Of a DNA stretch of 64,000 nucleotides, positions 13,443 to 25,800 are shown piece by piece. Source of the stretch: Phoronis australis (taxonomy: Eukaryota > Animalia > Phoronida). The translations under genes and the position numbers were made by a program. The notes under the pieces are model-generated. The model was not told the origin of the DNA. It did no database searches and saw only the letters and a program-made list of their open reading frames with translations. Each line of letters starts with the position of its first letter. The first letter of the stretch is position 1. The stretch spans positions 431,527-495,526 of the forward strand of contig NMRA01000193.1 of assembly GCA_002633005.1 (NCBI GenBank), written 5' to 3'.

Positions 13443-16358
13443 TTTCAGCTTACAACACACTAAACAATCCCTAAATCCAACGTAGTTGAGTTCTCTACTA
13501 ACCTATCTTGCCGCAGAATACTCGCCGATGGCAAGCGGTGGCGAAAATTGTTGAAAAACAGCACAAAACAAAAGTAGAATAGAATAGAACAGATTCGCAC
13601 AATAAAGTCAACGCAAAACCAAGTGGCGGGAAACGCTTGTCTCCTAAAACGTCACTTCCGGAGTAGCGGACGAGTAATCTATAAAATTACAAAGAGCTGT
13701 AGTTAAGTGGAAAATTTTATGTCTAGGATAACCAACCAACCTTATTTTAGCTCAAAATGACATGGAAAAAGGTTGCCTTCGCCTTTAAAACAAACGTCAC
13801 CTTGTTCAAACATGTGTTAGCTGTTCCACACTGGCTGCAAGTGCAAGTAAGACCTCCAGGTAGAGTGAAAGTGTTTTTGATTCTTCATTTACACTGCTCG
13901 ATTTGGCAAGCTGCGGTTACACACAAACGGGTTTTCTCTTGCGTGTCGTATTTGCCTTAGGTTTCATTGTCACGCACAGGCACAGAACGACAACTTACAC
14001 AGTACCCTTTAACCTAGTTATGGGATACATACGTTTATGTGGAGGCTCCACTTTAAAGTGGGGTAAGTTGCAATATTGCAAGTTGTTCTAAGGTAGGCTG
14101 TGTGTGGACAAGACTAAAGTTTCCAACCAAGAGTTACAAGTCAGCTGTATTACATAACAAGTCTGCCAGACATGTTTACACAATGATTAGAATGTTATTT
14201 AAAGAACAACATTGTACTTGTTGGTGGTGTTTTCATAGGCTGTCAGGCAACCTGCAGACATCTCAATACAAAGTTACACATTATATTCTGATCTATATTT
14301 CATTACAGTCCACTGAAGATATTTAACACTAATCCACAAACCAACAAATAGCTATATCAAAGTCATAAAGCCCAGAGTAGAGGTCTGGAACAACTAACAC
14401 CACCAATGATTCAAATGTCTAAACATATATCAGCTGTAATGGTCATGGCTTTGATTTTAGGCAGGAGCCAATAGAATTTCTAAATGCAAATTGCCATCCA
14501 GGGATATTTTTAGAGCATGCCCCACATCCTTGGCACACAAAATTTTCATTGACGCCTGATGTTTGTTCCTCTGTCCTAACCTGGGGTAATGGGAAATATA
14601 CCTCTTTTTGAAGACGGATATATCTGTAATCAAAATGCTTACAAAAACTTTTTAAATGCTTTAGTACCTTGTCATTTAATTGTACTTATTGTAATGCATC
14701 TTAAATGTAACTTCACCATGGCTTTGGGACCAGTTTAGCAGTGTACAGGCTGTGCAAGATAGGCAAAAACTTGTGCCAGAGACTAGGTTTTTATAAGGAA
14801 ACAAAAGAAACACATAGCTCTATTCACTGCTACAAGAGGTTATGCACAAGCAATCGCAATGCTAAAGCATGCAAACTATGCAAGAAAAAAATGCGAATAC
14901 AGCAACGGCAGACACAAATTGATGACCCATAGGGCTTCAAAATTGATCAGTAGATTTGAGGCCCTGTGGGTCAATTGACCCATAGACACATTTTTATCTA
15001 AAATGAACTCTGCCATCCCAAAAGAAACTGTTGTTGAAACTAAAGCCAGCTTAGCAAACGATATCAACAAGAAATCCTGGCAAGGAATATAGTATGCATG
15101 AAACAGGTCAGTTTCATCTCCAAATGGCATTAGGTAATTAAGTGTTGATTACTCTATGTCACACTGCACCATATTGAACACCAAATCTCATTAACTTCAG
15201 GAGCAAGGCTAAGTTTGCAAGAGAGTAACTTTGGGCAGAAATGATCAATAAACACCTGACCGCTTGGCCCGCATCTTTGGTTCATTGTTCAGTGTAAATC
15301 CAACCTACCTTGGGTTGACAGCAATAACAAAGTGCCATCGCACTTCAAAGATTGTTATGATACCTGTCAGTTCTACAGTAACTACCATTAGAAGAATCAT
15401 CATGATTTGCCAGGGTAGTAGAGTGGTGGCTGCAGTACAATAATTCATCACGTATTTCCAACAAAACTGGCCCATCTATTCTGCAAAGGCTTCTTACCTT
15501 ACTTCAAGTAATCAAAAATTTACCTAACGTTGTCAATAAACATATACACACACCTGCAAACTAAGCTAGAAATAGACTAAAAATGTTAAATCGTTATCTT
15601 TTGCCAAGAAAGTTGGCAAAATGAAATTTCCCAAGTCTGTCATGTTGAGTGTAGAGGAAGAATTACTGCAACAGGGATTGATTGCCACGGCAACAGTGTA
15701 TTTGTGGAAGGGGCACTTTTTTATGTGTGACTTTCCTAATAGTGTTTCCCTATAAGTCTTCTGAAGCACTCATGGCAGATTCAGAACAGCAAACAAAAAG
15801 GTTCCATTAATAATGCCAATGCCAATTCTAGTATCAATTCTACATAAATACTAATAACAGGTTGTGTTCGGTTGAGCGAGTTTCTTATAAGAAAAACGAG
15901 ATCTTTTCCACCCTGATGTTTATCTATCACTATTTGACATTTAGGAGTTCACAGCATTGTAAGCCAACCTTTAGGTGTGTGCTTGCTCTGTCCACCCCAA
16001 CTGTAGGTACAAGAGCACATACTACCCATTTTTACAGAGTTGAGTACAATTCCATGCACTAAGTTGTTGTTCACTTGACAGGTTGATTCACTTGACACTA
16101 CCTAAGTGAACAAACTAAAGAGCCAGGGACTGAGTACATCATGAGTTCATCGCCACTCAGCAGTACAGTAATATCTCACCAATTTAGGACGTAACATGCC
16201 GGACCGATGAAATTTATACTCATTTTTTTTTCAAAAATGAAACACAGAACCAGAATTGTGTTTTGCCATAACCAAGTTCTGTACCATAGCTATCAAAAGA
16301 AAACAGTCTGAAAATTGCGGGCATTCACAACAATGTCACACAAGACACTGAAAAATGA

Positions 16359-17409
16359 AACAAGAGCAACGCAGAGCGTTGAAATGCGCCCACAATTGCA
16401 CCACATACGGTATCCTTCTAGGGTTGTTTATTGGTACCATAAAGTGGCCAGTAGAGGGCATATATGTAGTATGTTATACTTTGCAAAATGGAAAGGTATG
16501 GTCATTGTCTCCTCAATAGGCTAAGGGCAAAATGTGAGTGATCTTCATAATACAAGCACATCCTATACATCAGTTGCTTAAAGCACCACGGAAATATAGA
16601 ATTAAAACAAATTTACCAACATACGAGATTAGCACAGCATTAGAATGCCAGAAACAAATTTCTACTTGGAACTTTTCCTTCATAGTCACGAAGTAACACA
16701 AAGTATACACCTGAAGACCTATGAAAATACAGAGGTCAATGTAAAATACTAAAATTGCCACTAGAGGCATACACCGGTAGTCAGAATCATTCTAAAGTCG
16801 TCATCGTCCGTTGTCAACATCACATCAATACACTTATTAAATTTCGTAAAGATCCTGCGAACGGTTTAGGAGATACAGCCATAGGTGCAAAAAAAACTGC
16901 CACTAGGAGGCGCCACAGTAGTCCAAATCGTCTGAAAATCATTGTCAGCTGTCTTCCTTATAGTAAGCACATACACGCCAATTTTCACAATCATCCTTTG
17001 AGCGGTTTGGTTGATAGAAGGGTGGACGCAAAAATACAGACTCGAAAACAGTAAAAAATGGCCACCAGGTGGCGCAAACTATGTCGAATCCATCTGAAAA
17101 CGGGAGGATAGCGTCATCTCACTAATAGGTGCCTACATACCAAATTTCATGAAAATTCGTTCAAAACTTTTGAAGATACAAAGGTAAGCGTAAAAAACTA
17201 AAATTGCCACTAGGGGGCACACCGGTAGTCGGATCCGTCCGAAAGTTCGCACATGCCGTCCCATTCATGAAATGAACATATGTGCCAAATTTCATGAACG
17301 TATGTCAAAGGGTTTTGGAGATAAAGCAGCGGACGCCGGACGGACGCCGCCCGGACGGACGGAGATGACGGCATAATGCGTCCACATATAAATATGTGGG
17401 CGCATAAAA
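16359..17409 (+). mobile_element. Non-autonomous Helentron/HINE (DINE-1-like) element with an internal ~150-bp tandem array
   Basis: 5' AACAAGAG, hairpin CAACGC-AGA-GCGTTG and sub-TIR ATGCGCCCACA (16384). 3' (GGAC)n-type microsatellite (~17330-17362) and stem-loop ATGCGTCCACATAT-AA-ATATGTGGGCGCAT (17376-17405) followed by an A-run. Four diverged units begin near 16751, 16893, 17055 and 17200. Confidence 0.85.
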
Positions 17410-17926
17410 AGTGAAATTCTGGAAATTATTTTTGTAAGACATTGATGAGAATTTACCATATGAACATGCTGAATAATAACAGTAAATCTTTAAGTTACAT
17501 CTTCGTTTTGCGTCCCAACTGAAAACCTGCCTGCATTTACCGATGTTCACAAGACCCACATCAAAACACCGTAATGTCCGTTACAGTGCACATCAATAAG
17601 AATGAAAAAATGCCCCGGAATTCCCCTATCACGACTGCTAAGTACAAGCGGAATTCCTCTTCGTGACACCTGAGTCCAAGCGGAATTCACGACCTGAATA
17701 ACTAGAATGACCTGTCATGGCCCATTCTGACATGTCACTAATTGTCATGATGGGGAAATGATTTTTTGTTGGGTTACATCTGATGGGTACTGTACTGGAA
17801 TTGGCAAAAGAATTGGCCAACAGTTCAAAGCAGTAATGACTCAACAATTCGAGAAATTCTTTTCTCCAGGAAGAAACAACAATGGATATCCAAATATGGG
17901 AACTAGCATTAAATAATTAACAGCCG

Positions 17927-17999
17927 TGTTAAAAGACTTGTACTTGTCCATTTCCTGTTGGCATGTTAAAAGACTTGTACTTGTCCATTTCCTGTTGGC
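17927..17999. repeat. Tandem duplication of a 37-bp unit
   Basis: TGTTAAAAGACTTGTACTTGTCCATTTCCTGTTGGC x2. Confidence 0.9.
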
Positions 18000-20900
18000 G
18001 GCAGGGCCCCCAGTGAATGTGCAACAGTATTTGTCTTGTTTAAACAGTTGTTACCACCCCATCCTATCAACCAAAATTTATTCACAACACACTACCCAGC
18101 TGCTGATTAATAGAGTCCAGTGGTATGACAGAGGTAAACATTAACGAACATTAGCTAACTGGTTCGCCAGATAGGTGAGTGACTGAAAATAAGCCAATCA
18201 AGCATGGAAATTCATGAGTGTTAAGCCAGAGGCAATGCAAACCATATTATATTAGGTACTTCAAGCATTGCCTAGAAATGTCTGGTCAACCACATAAAAC
18301 AGATTTTCTAATTGCTCCTATGACTGTTTTATTTCATTTACCGATAAAAACCAAATAACCAGAAAGACCAATTCATAAGCTTACTTATGATATAATTCAC
18401 ATTCATATCCGACATCTACAAATTAAAGAAATAATGACTGAACTGTGGTGTAGTCACCAGCTGAGCGCATGTTTGTCTTGACTAGTCATCACTCCAAAAT
18501 CAGTCTTCTAGGCATTTTCAAAACATCAGCCATTTACCCGAAGCAAACACAGACAAATAGCTAAATTCTTCAGTTGTCGATTGGTATATTTTTTCAAAGT
18601 ATATTTCCAATCAGCAAATTGTCAAATTTTGGGATGTCGCAGTTTTGTACTGGAGTATATCACACCAGAGATATTTATACCAAATTAAAGCTTTGTTTTT
18701 CTTTCTTATAAAAAGCATCCAAGCTACAATATCCGTGCAACCTGTATTGTTATATCCAACAAAGATGCAACAAGGAAAACAGTGGTAGTGTCCCACAGGC
18801 AATAACATGTGACGCGCTTAGACCCGTCGCATGAATCTCGAACGTTAAACAATAGCATGCGACCTCCATACGGCATAGGATGCTTTATGTATAATACTAC
18901 ATATTACAAATAAACATTGAAAATATCTGGCAATTTTATTGAACAATTTTGTCTGTGAATTTTCAATGTCTTGCATTTTTTGCTCATTTGGTACAATATC
19001 ACCATTATGGAAATGGGTGGTTTGATCGTCATCGAAGTAAACACAAGGTGGCGTATAATATGGTCTTCATCGTTGTCAGTGCAGAGGCCCTTCGATAGAC
19101 ACTGAAGTTGAACATTCTGTCTGTAGCTGTAAAATCTCCATTTACTACGAAGTAAACTTTAGCAGCTCAATTGGATGCAAGACTTCCCAGTTCCCACTAA
19201 CCAACATCACCCCCAAAACACTGATGTGTTGGCGTTAGTAAAGCAAGGCCTTACATATTGGTAGCATGATGCAAAGGAAAAGAGATTTTAATTATGTGTA
19301 ATTACTGTGCCAATCACTTATCTGCTCTCAAGACAAGGAATAACATGGCATCCAGGTAATTGATGGTGATAATCAAATAATGAGAAGAAACCATAGTTGG
19401 CAATGTTTAAAAATGAAAAAATGAGACACCTAGATTGAAAAAGCGGGACAAAACAGAGCAACTGGGTCTGTACCAAAACCAGAGGGTAAATTCTGCCAAT
19501 TGTCAAAAAGCGGGGCATTTTGATTAAGCTGCGGGACAAGCTCTCAAGCAGGATAGTCCCTGGCCCTTAAAGCAGAATAGCTGGCAAACAGGCAATACAC
19601 ATTGTCTATTGGACACACAAAGGATCATCAATTCACACACAGACAACAGCCTGGATAAGTTTCAAGGGAATTGCAATCCTTTTTAAAAGTCCCAAGGAGC
19701 ACTAATTAGGTCAAGCTGAAGACTGGTAAAAACCACATTAGTGGTGGTGACTGAATGTTTCTGTTCAGTAACCAACCTCCATTGTATTATCCCCAGTAAA
19801 TGTTAGGAATGCTTACCAGGGTATTAAAAAAATACTTCCACCCCAAAACAAGAACCCATGGTCTTCTTCAAAGATGCTGCTGCAGAGGGTAGCCACAAAC
19901 ACGCCATGAACATTCAGCTTATCGCCCACACTCGCAAAAGCGCCCAACTCCCTACTTTTGGAAAATTCCCCATCAAACCCCCACTGCTCAGTTTAACGCC
20001 AACCATATACTTCCGAGATTTTTCAATCAAGCCAATGTATGGGTGAGCATCCACCAATCTTGAAATTTGCGACTTACGTGCCCTCCCCCCAATTTTCTGA
20101 GGCTCCCCAATTTAAGTACCGAGAGAGTTAACTTGAATGCTTACAGTACATTTCAACTGGGCATCAAAACAACGAATCTTTCAATCTAGATTAAAGCCTA
20201 TCTTCAACGGTAACACCTGTAAATTAGGTTCCTACAGTATGTCAAGAGCATCGCTCCGAGCCCACTAGTGCCATAAATATCCAAATGTAACGAACTGTTA
20301 GGCGTATTGGCTTGCTTCTGTCTACGTCACCGCGAGAATCACCTTTTAATTCAAACAGCAGTGAATAATTGTTATCGGTCCTTTGTTGTTTGTGCTGGGA
20401 TCTCGCGATGACGCAACATGGCACGAAAATACAGCTTCACCTATCATTTGACGGGCTTTCATTTGCGTGATTGAACTCGCGTTTTCTTATTTTACGAAGG
20501 CTTTGGTAGGACTATCTGGTTAGCTCAATACATCTAAAATAACAAAATTCCACTGAAGTTAGGCTTTACGACCCTCCATTTGACATGGCCAAATCGAAAA
20601 ACATGTCAAGAAGTTGAGTGACTGAACCCAGCAGCAAGTGTTTCCCTAGTAACAGACAATTCACAGAAACTCATGGAGGTGAATAGCCCACTGGGACCAA
20701 CTATAAAGCTGGCATTGAGTTTCCATTAATTTAGGAAAGGTGTGGCAATATTACAGCTGATGTAGAAAACTAAGTGAAAACCCGTTATGAACATCAAGGG
20801 GCAAGGGCCAACAGGCATGGGTAGTCTCTGAAGAATGCTGAAAATGTCTGTGACACTCTCTGGATAATATGTGACCTATGATAAGGTGGTGTAAAGAATG

Positions 20901-21546
20901 ATAATATTTACTGCAGCAAACTATGATAACAGCTTGAATGACACTAGTCAGAAAATGAAATAAAAGGGTCTACTAATATCAATGTAAATACCATCACTTT
21001 ATCAAGCTTGGTACAGTACTGGCTTGTTTAGTTGTACTACCAGTAAGTGAAGCAGATGTTTAATTATTAACATCTAGTTGTGAGCTTCCTGAAACTTCAA
21101 ATAAAACAGAAAATGTAGCAACATTCGACTCTACTTTTTATGTATAAATGAAACCAAACATTAAACCACTTGCAATGTGGAAATGAGAACATTTTTCTTC
21201 TGCTCCTAGGACAAATCAATGTCAGATGGAGTATTCTATCTCCATTGTTTATTAGGCGTATCCGTAGGTGTGAAACAGCTAAAAACGTCTAGCTTCACAA
21301 GCCCACAACTAGCGAGGCGACCAAGAGTTCAAATGACTCAAATTTAGCCACCCTAGCAAGGACGCCCTGTTGAATGATCGCAACAGCATTTGAGTCCAAT
21401 TAAAGTAAGCAAGAAAGCATTGATGTCTCTTTCACTTAACAGTAGCTCTTGAAGCTCATTGGCCTGTCCTAAACAAAAAAGTTACATAGTCAAGATATGT
21501 TCTCTGCTAGGTGCAGACCAGTGTCTCCACAGACATGCCTCACTGT

Positions 21547-22015
21547 AGGGCCTTTTATACTAAAGTCCATACATTGATGTTTTGGGGATTTGTGGTCAGT
21601 ATGAGTGATTATCTTCAGTCCTGGATCGAAGTTAACAGCGCCAGTTAACTTCATAGTAAATAGACGGATTTAACAGCGGAGGAACGACGTTGCGGTGCAG
21701 TAAGAATGATCAACTTCTGTAGCATCCAAGTTATCGTCAGGGGCTGCTGTTAACAACAGCAATTAAAGGACAGTGACGTCGCTAATAATTGCTTATATTT
21801 TGCTCGAATAATCACCAATCAAATTAAAAACAAGTTTTATGTGAATCAGCACATGCAAACGTTCCCAAATTGTCACATTAAAAAAATCTTGCTACCTTGT
21901 GATTACTTCGATGAAAAGAGCTTCAACTACCGTTTACTTGAATGTCCGTTAACTACTGACGCCGGTGTGAACGGTTTAGTCAGTCAGACTGAAGTTAAGT
22001 CAAAATGAAAAGATC
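21547..22015 (-). mobile_element. MITE family A copy 3 (inverted)
   Basis: Reverse complement of 4520-5011, e.g. CCTGGATCGAAGTTAACAGCGCCAGTTAA, AATCAGCACATG, GTTCCCAAATTGTC and GTCCGTTAACTAC. Confidence 0.75.
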
Positions 22016-22740
22016 ATATAATAGCCATTTGACCTCAGGTCATATAAACGTAGTCACTGTGTGATGCATCATGGACACCATGAGAAATTGGGAAACATTT
22101 TGGACAACATAGTTTTGAAATCCTGGATGAACCTGACAGCTCAACACCTGGACTTGGAATCATTTTTCATATCAAAATCATCTAGTCATAAAACAACACA
22201 ATGTTCAGTACTCTAAAAGGTACAAGTTCAGTTTAAGGGGGGAAAACACATTTTTTGGGATTATTGTAAGATGGGATTTACATATTGAAGTCGTTAGCTA
22301 CGACAGAGCTATGAAACAGCAAAATCCATTGTTTTCATAATTCTATTACGAATTACCCATTCTCACCATTGGCAGCCATTCTTCCCCTAAATTCAAGGCT
22401 GGTAACTTTATTAGTTTATTAAGTAGTGTAGCTCCAACAACAGAGTGTTGGACTGTCACTGCTAAGGTTGTGAGGTCCATTTCATGTTGGGGCTGACCTC
22501 AGACAACCACATTTCTCACCAATAGTGTCACAAAATAGAAGCCACTAAAACATGTTGATGACAAAAATCAGTTGTCCACCAATAGCAAGACCAAGCCTAG
22601 CTAGAACACATATTGATCATATAGTAGATCAAGCAAATAGGCCACTTATCACTTGTTTGCCATACAGCTTAGCTGCAATATTGTACACAATGCTCTACTG
22701 TATAGAATGTATGGTGCCTTGAGCACTGCCAACAGGGCAA

Positions 22741-22820
22741 TAGTCTGATATAAGGTGCCCATATTTTGAGAACCAGTTTGATGCGCTGTTATTTAGTGGA
22801 GAAAACTGGTTCTCAGACTA
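22741..22820. repeat. Small inverted-repeat element with TAGTCTGA...TCAGACTA ends
   Basis: Arms TGAGAACCAGTTT / AAACTGGTTCTCA, with TAG...CTA termini. Confidence 0.4.
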
Positions 22821-25800
22821 TTACAGCCAACACTTCAAGTTACCTTACAACAAGTTACCTGCAGTCTCTAGATTTAGCACTAGGACAGGCCTTCATTTAT
22901 AGGGTGTCCAGTTTGTGCAAAGGGACACTTTGACGCAAATTTTAACACCCTAGTTAGGATGCATTGTTCAGCATTTAGACGCCAAGTGAAGGAAGCAAGT
23001 AAGCATAGTAGTTTCTTTTAACTTGCCAGCAGCAGCTCTGGAAGCTCATTGGCTGGTCCAGAATAAAAAGGCTGGTTTAGAAATGATTAAGTTACCAAGA
23101 ATTTTAAGGTAGATAAATGTCTCCATAGTAACAAACAACATTATAACAGCAACTTTACATGAAGGTCATCAAAACGCTGTCGAGAATGTGTTATTGGTCA
23201 TGGACGACCAGAGGAATTGGGGAACCGCATTTGAGCACCCCTATTTTTGAAATCCTGGATGAAGTAGTGTGACAGGAAAAACACAAATTATCAACTGCCA
23301 TTTTTGAAAGCTCCACAAGCAGCGTGACGAAATCTGTCATGTCAAAGGGTGTGGTACTAGAACAACTTACCCCTGGAACAAGTTGTCACTACGTTTAGTA
23401 TAAGTGTGGACTAGGAAACTTGACACACAAATAATGGATGTAAGCATTTTGCTACAAATATGCCCTTCTTTACATACCTTTGCTGGCACAAAGTTTGGAA
23501 TTTTGTTGTAATTTGGTTGAATGCAGACTGGACAATAAGGACAAAGTTGTACAGAACCTCGCTTCAGTGCTCTATCATACAGACATTCTCTCAAAACCTT
23601 CAATGTAAACCAGCAAACTACCAAACATTCGTCATTCAAATAAAACGGAAAGACAAAGGCACATTTTGTAATTATGTGAAACCCTCGAAATAACCACACT
23701 TCTGATCACCATATCTCAGAAATGGCTGATTACACGCACGTGAAACTTTCAGATATTGTACATTATGCACTGGCCTCAGGTCCTCAAATCTATGGGTCAA
23801 TTCTGGCAGGGAATGATGGTTGCGAGCAGGGGAAAAACAAAATATATCTACAAAACACGAAAAGTGGTCAGGGAGATGGAATACACATCCGCCAGAGGGA
23901 ATAACAGCCCATGCAGAGAAGTTAGTGCGAAATCAGGCTCAAAAAAACGTGCAGGCAAGGAAATCTAGGTGCTTTGAAAAGGACATTTATCAAAATCTGC
24001 ACAATTTACAAATTTAATTTGAGTTTCCCATTTCATGAATGGAGGCAACTTTTGTTTTTTCTTTTTTCTAACACAACAAGACAGAATATTATGTCTAGGT
24101 CTGTCATGTCCAAATCGGCCAATCAGAAATGTCACAAGAGGTAGATTGTATATCGAACACGGCACCAGAGCAGTAGAAATGCATGCATTCAAGCAATCAC
24201 ATGGTGAATTGCTTTCTGCTCTCAATTTGTTCACACTGCCTTTTCCTTAGCACCACTTAATAAATACTCAGTTGCTGATTCTCCGTTTCAAAAGCATCTG
24301 TATACTCCTAAATATAACTATTTTTTTAAACTGACATCTGTACCTAGAAAATTGAAACGAATAACATAATTCTTAGAATTTCACCACTCTCTGATAGTTG
24401 TCAGAGCCCAAAGGTGCTAAACTCTTTACTAAAGGTATCATAAATAATTTAAGCTCCTTTGATGCAAGAATTACAAACAATCCCAACAAGAGATAAACAT
24501 GTTACACAGCAATGTTATCCATGGAAGTACACCTTGGCTAATCATACCGATTACTAATTAATCACTGACAGGCTGTGAACCTACATCCAACCTTATGGCC
24601 AATTGCTTTTTCATCACCTCGATAAAAAGACAAAAATTGGATGAAATTGCTATCACACACAAACAAAGCTGTGGTCATGATGAATTAATACTGAATGGGC
24701 ATTGAATTTTAATCAGAGACAACCTAGCCAATAGGAGACAACACAAAGGAACATTCACATATAACCTGGCCAATAGGGATGTTCAACAAAAGCAGAGAAG
24801 GATGGGTGGAGTTGACTTGACTAGAGAACAGTGCCCAGAGACAGGTCAGGTGTTTGCAGTATGTGAGCGCAAATATCCCATTATTGCGTACTTCTTTCTA
24901 TAGGGCAGAGTTTGCTCCAGGTTTTCAATTTTAAGGGACAAACTGTTTTTTTTGTGGGGACATTTTTGAAATGTAAAGGACATGCGACTTTCTGGTAAAC
25001 CTTACTTAAAACAAGTTCTCTGAGTTTTAATTGGAGCCCGTTCCAAAAAATCGGTTTTGGTGCTGCTTCAAAACTCACTTTTTAGATTAATAAAGTCAAT
25101 GCTGTTTTGTTGTAGATTTGAAGAGTTTCAAAGCAGCACCAAAATCCAAGCCATTTCAGTCCAACAGACACTGTTTAGTTACTGCTTTTCAACTCTGAAA
25201 ACTACTATTGTCTATTCAACAATCAAATGTTCACGTTTGGAAACAAAAATGGACAAATTAAAACACGACTGCTCACGAGACATCCTTAACCTGATCAGAA
25301 AGGCTGCTTTACCCATTGTTTTAATGCTAGCTGAAAACTGGAAACATAAAACAAATCTCAATTACATCAACCACTAATACCCTATTCACAAGCTGGCTAA
25401 AACACCAGTGTCTTCACCAGCCTTTTCGCAAGAAAGGAAACACCAGTAATGTGAAAGGTCAGCGTAACTCTTGGTGGCGATTTCAGTTACCACAAAACTA
25501 CTGGTATTTTTGCTAGCACTTTTGTAGCCAGACCACTTTCTTCAAAGACACTCATTCTTATAGGAAAGAGATCTTCGTATATATTTTACATTAAAAGGAC
25601 ATGAATCGTTTTAATGGGGTTATTGTAAGGTGGGAAAGACTTTTTGAAGACACTAGCCTGACCAGAACTATGAACTCCTGATTTCGCTAATGTCTACCAC
25701 ACATTTGATAAAATCAAGGCTGGTGACTTTGCTAGTTACATAAGCATAAAATATGCCAAGAATGATTTAGCTGTCACAAAAGCTTTGGTTGCAAATGGGA

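Larger units (their letters stand above)
12552..13784 (+). mobile_element. Kolobok DNA transposon (THAP transposase start plus convergent KolX start), centre in an assembly gap
   Basis: TTAA TSDs (12548-12551, 13785-13788) and AGG...CCT termini. ~160-bp TIRs with one mismatch in the outer ~67 bp. Two inward-pointing ORFs. Confidence 0.88.
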
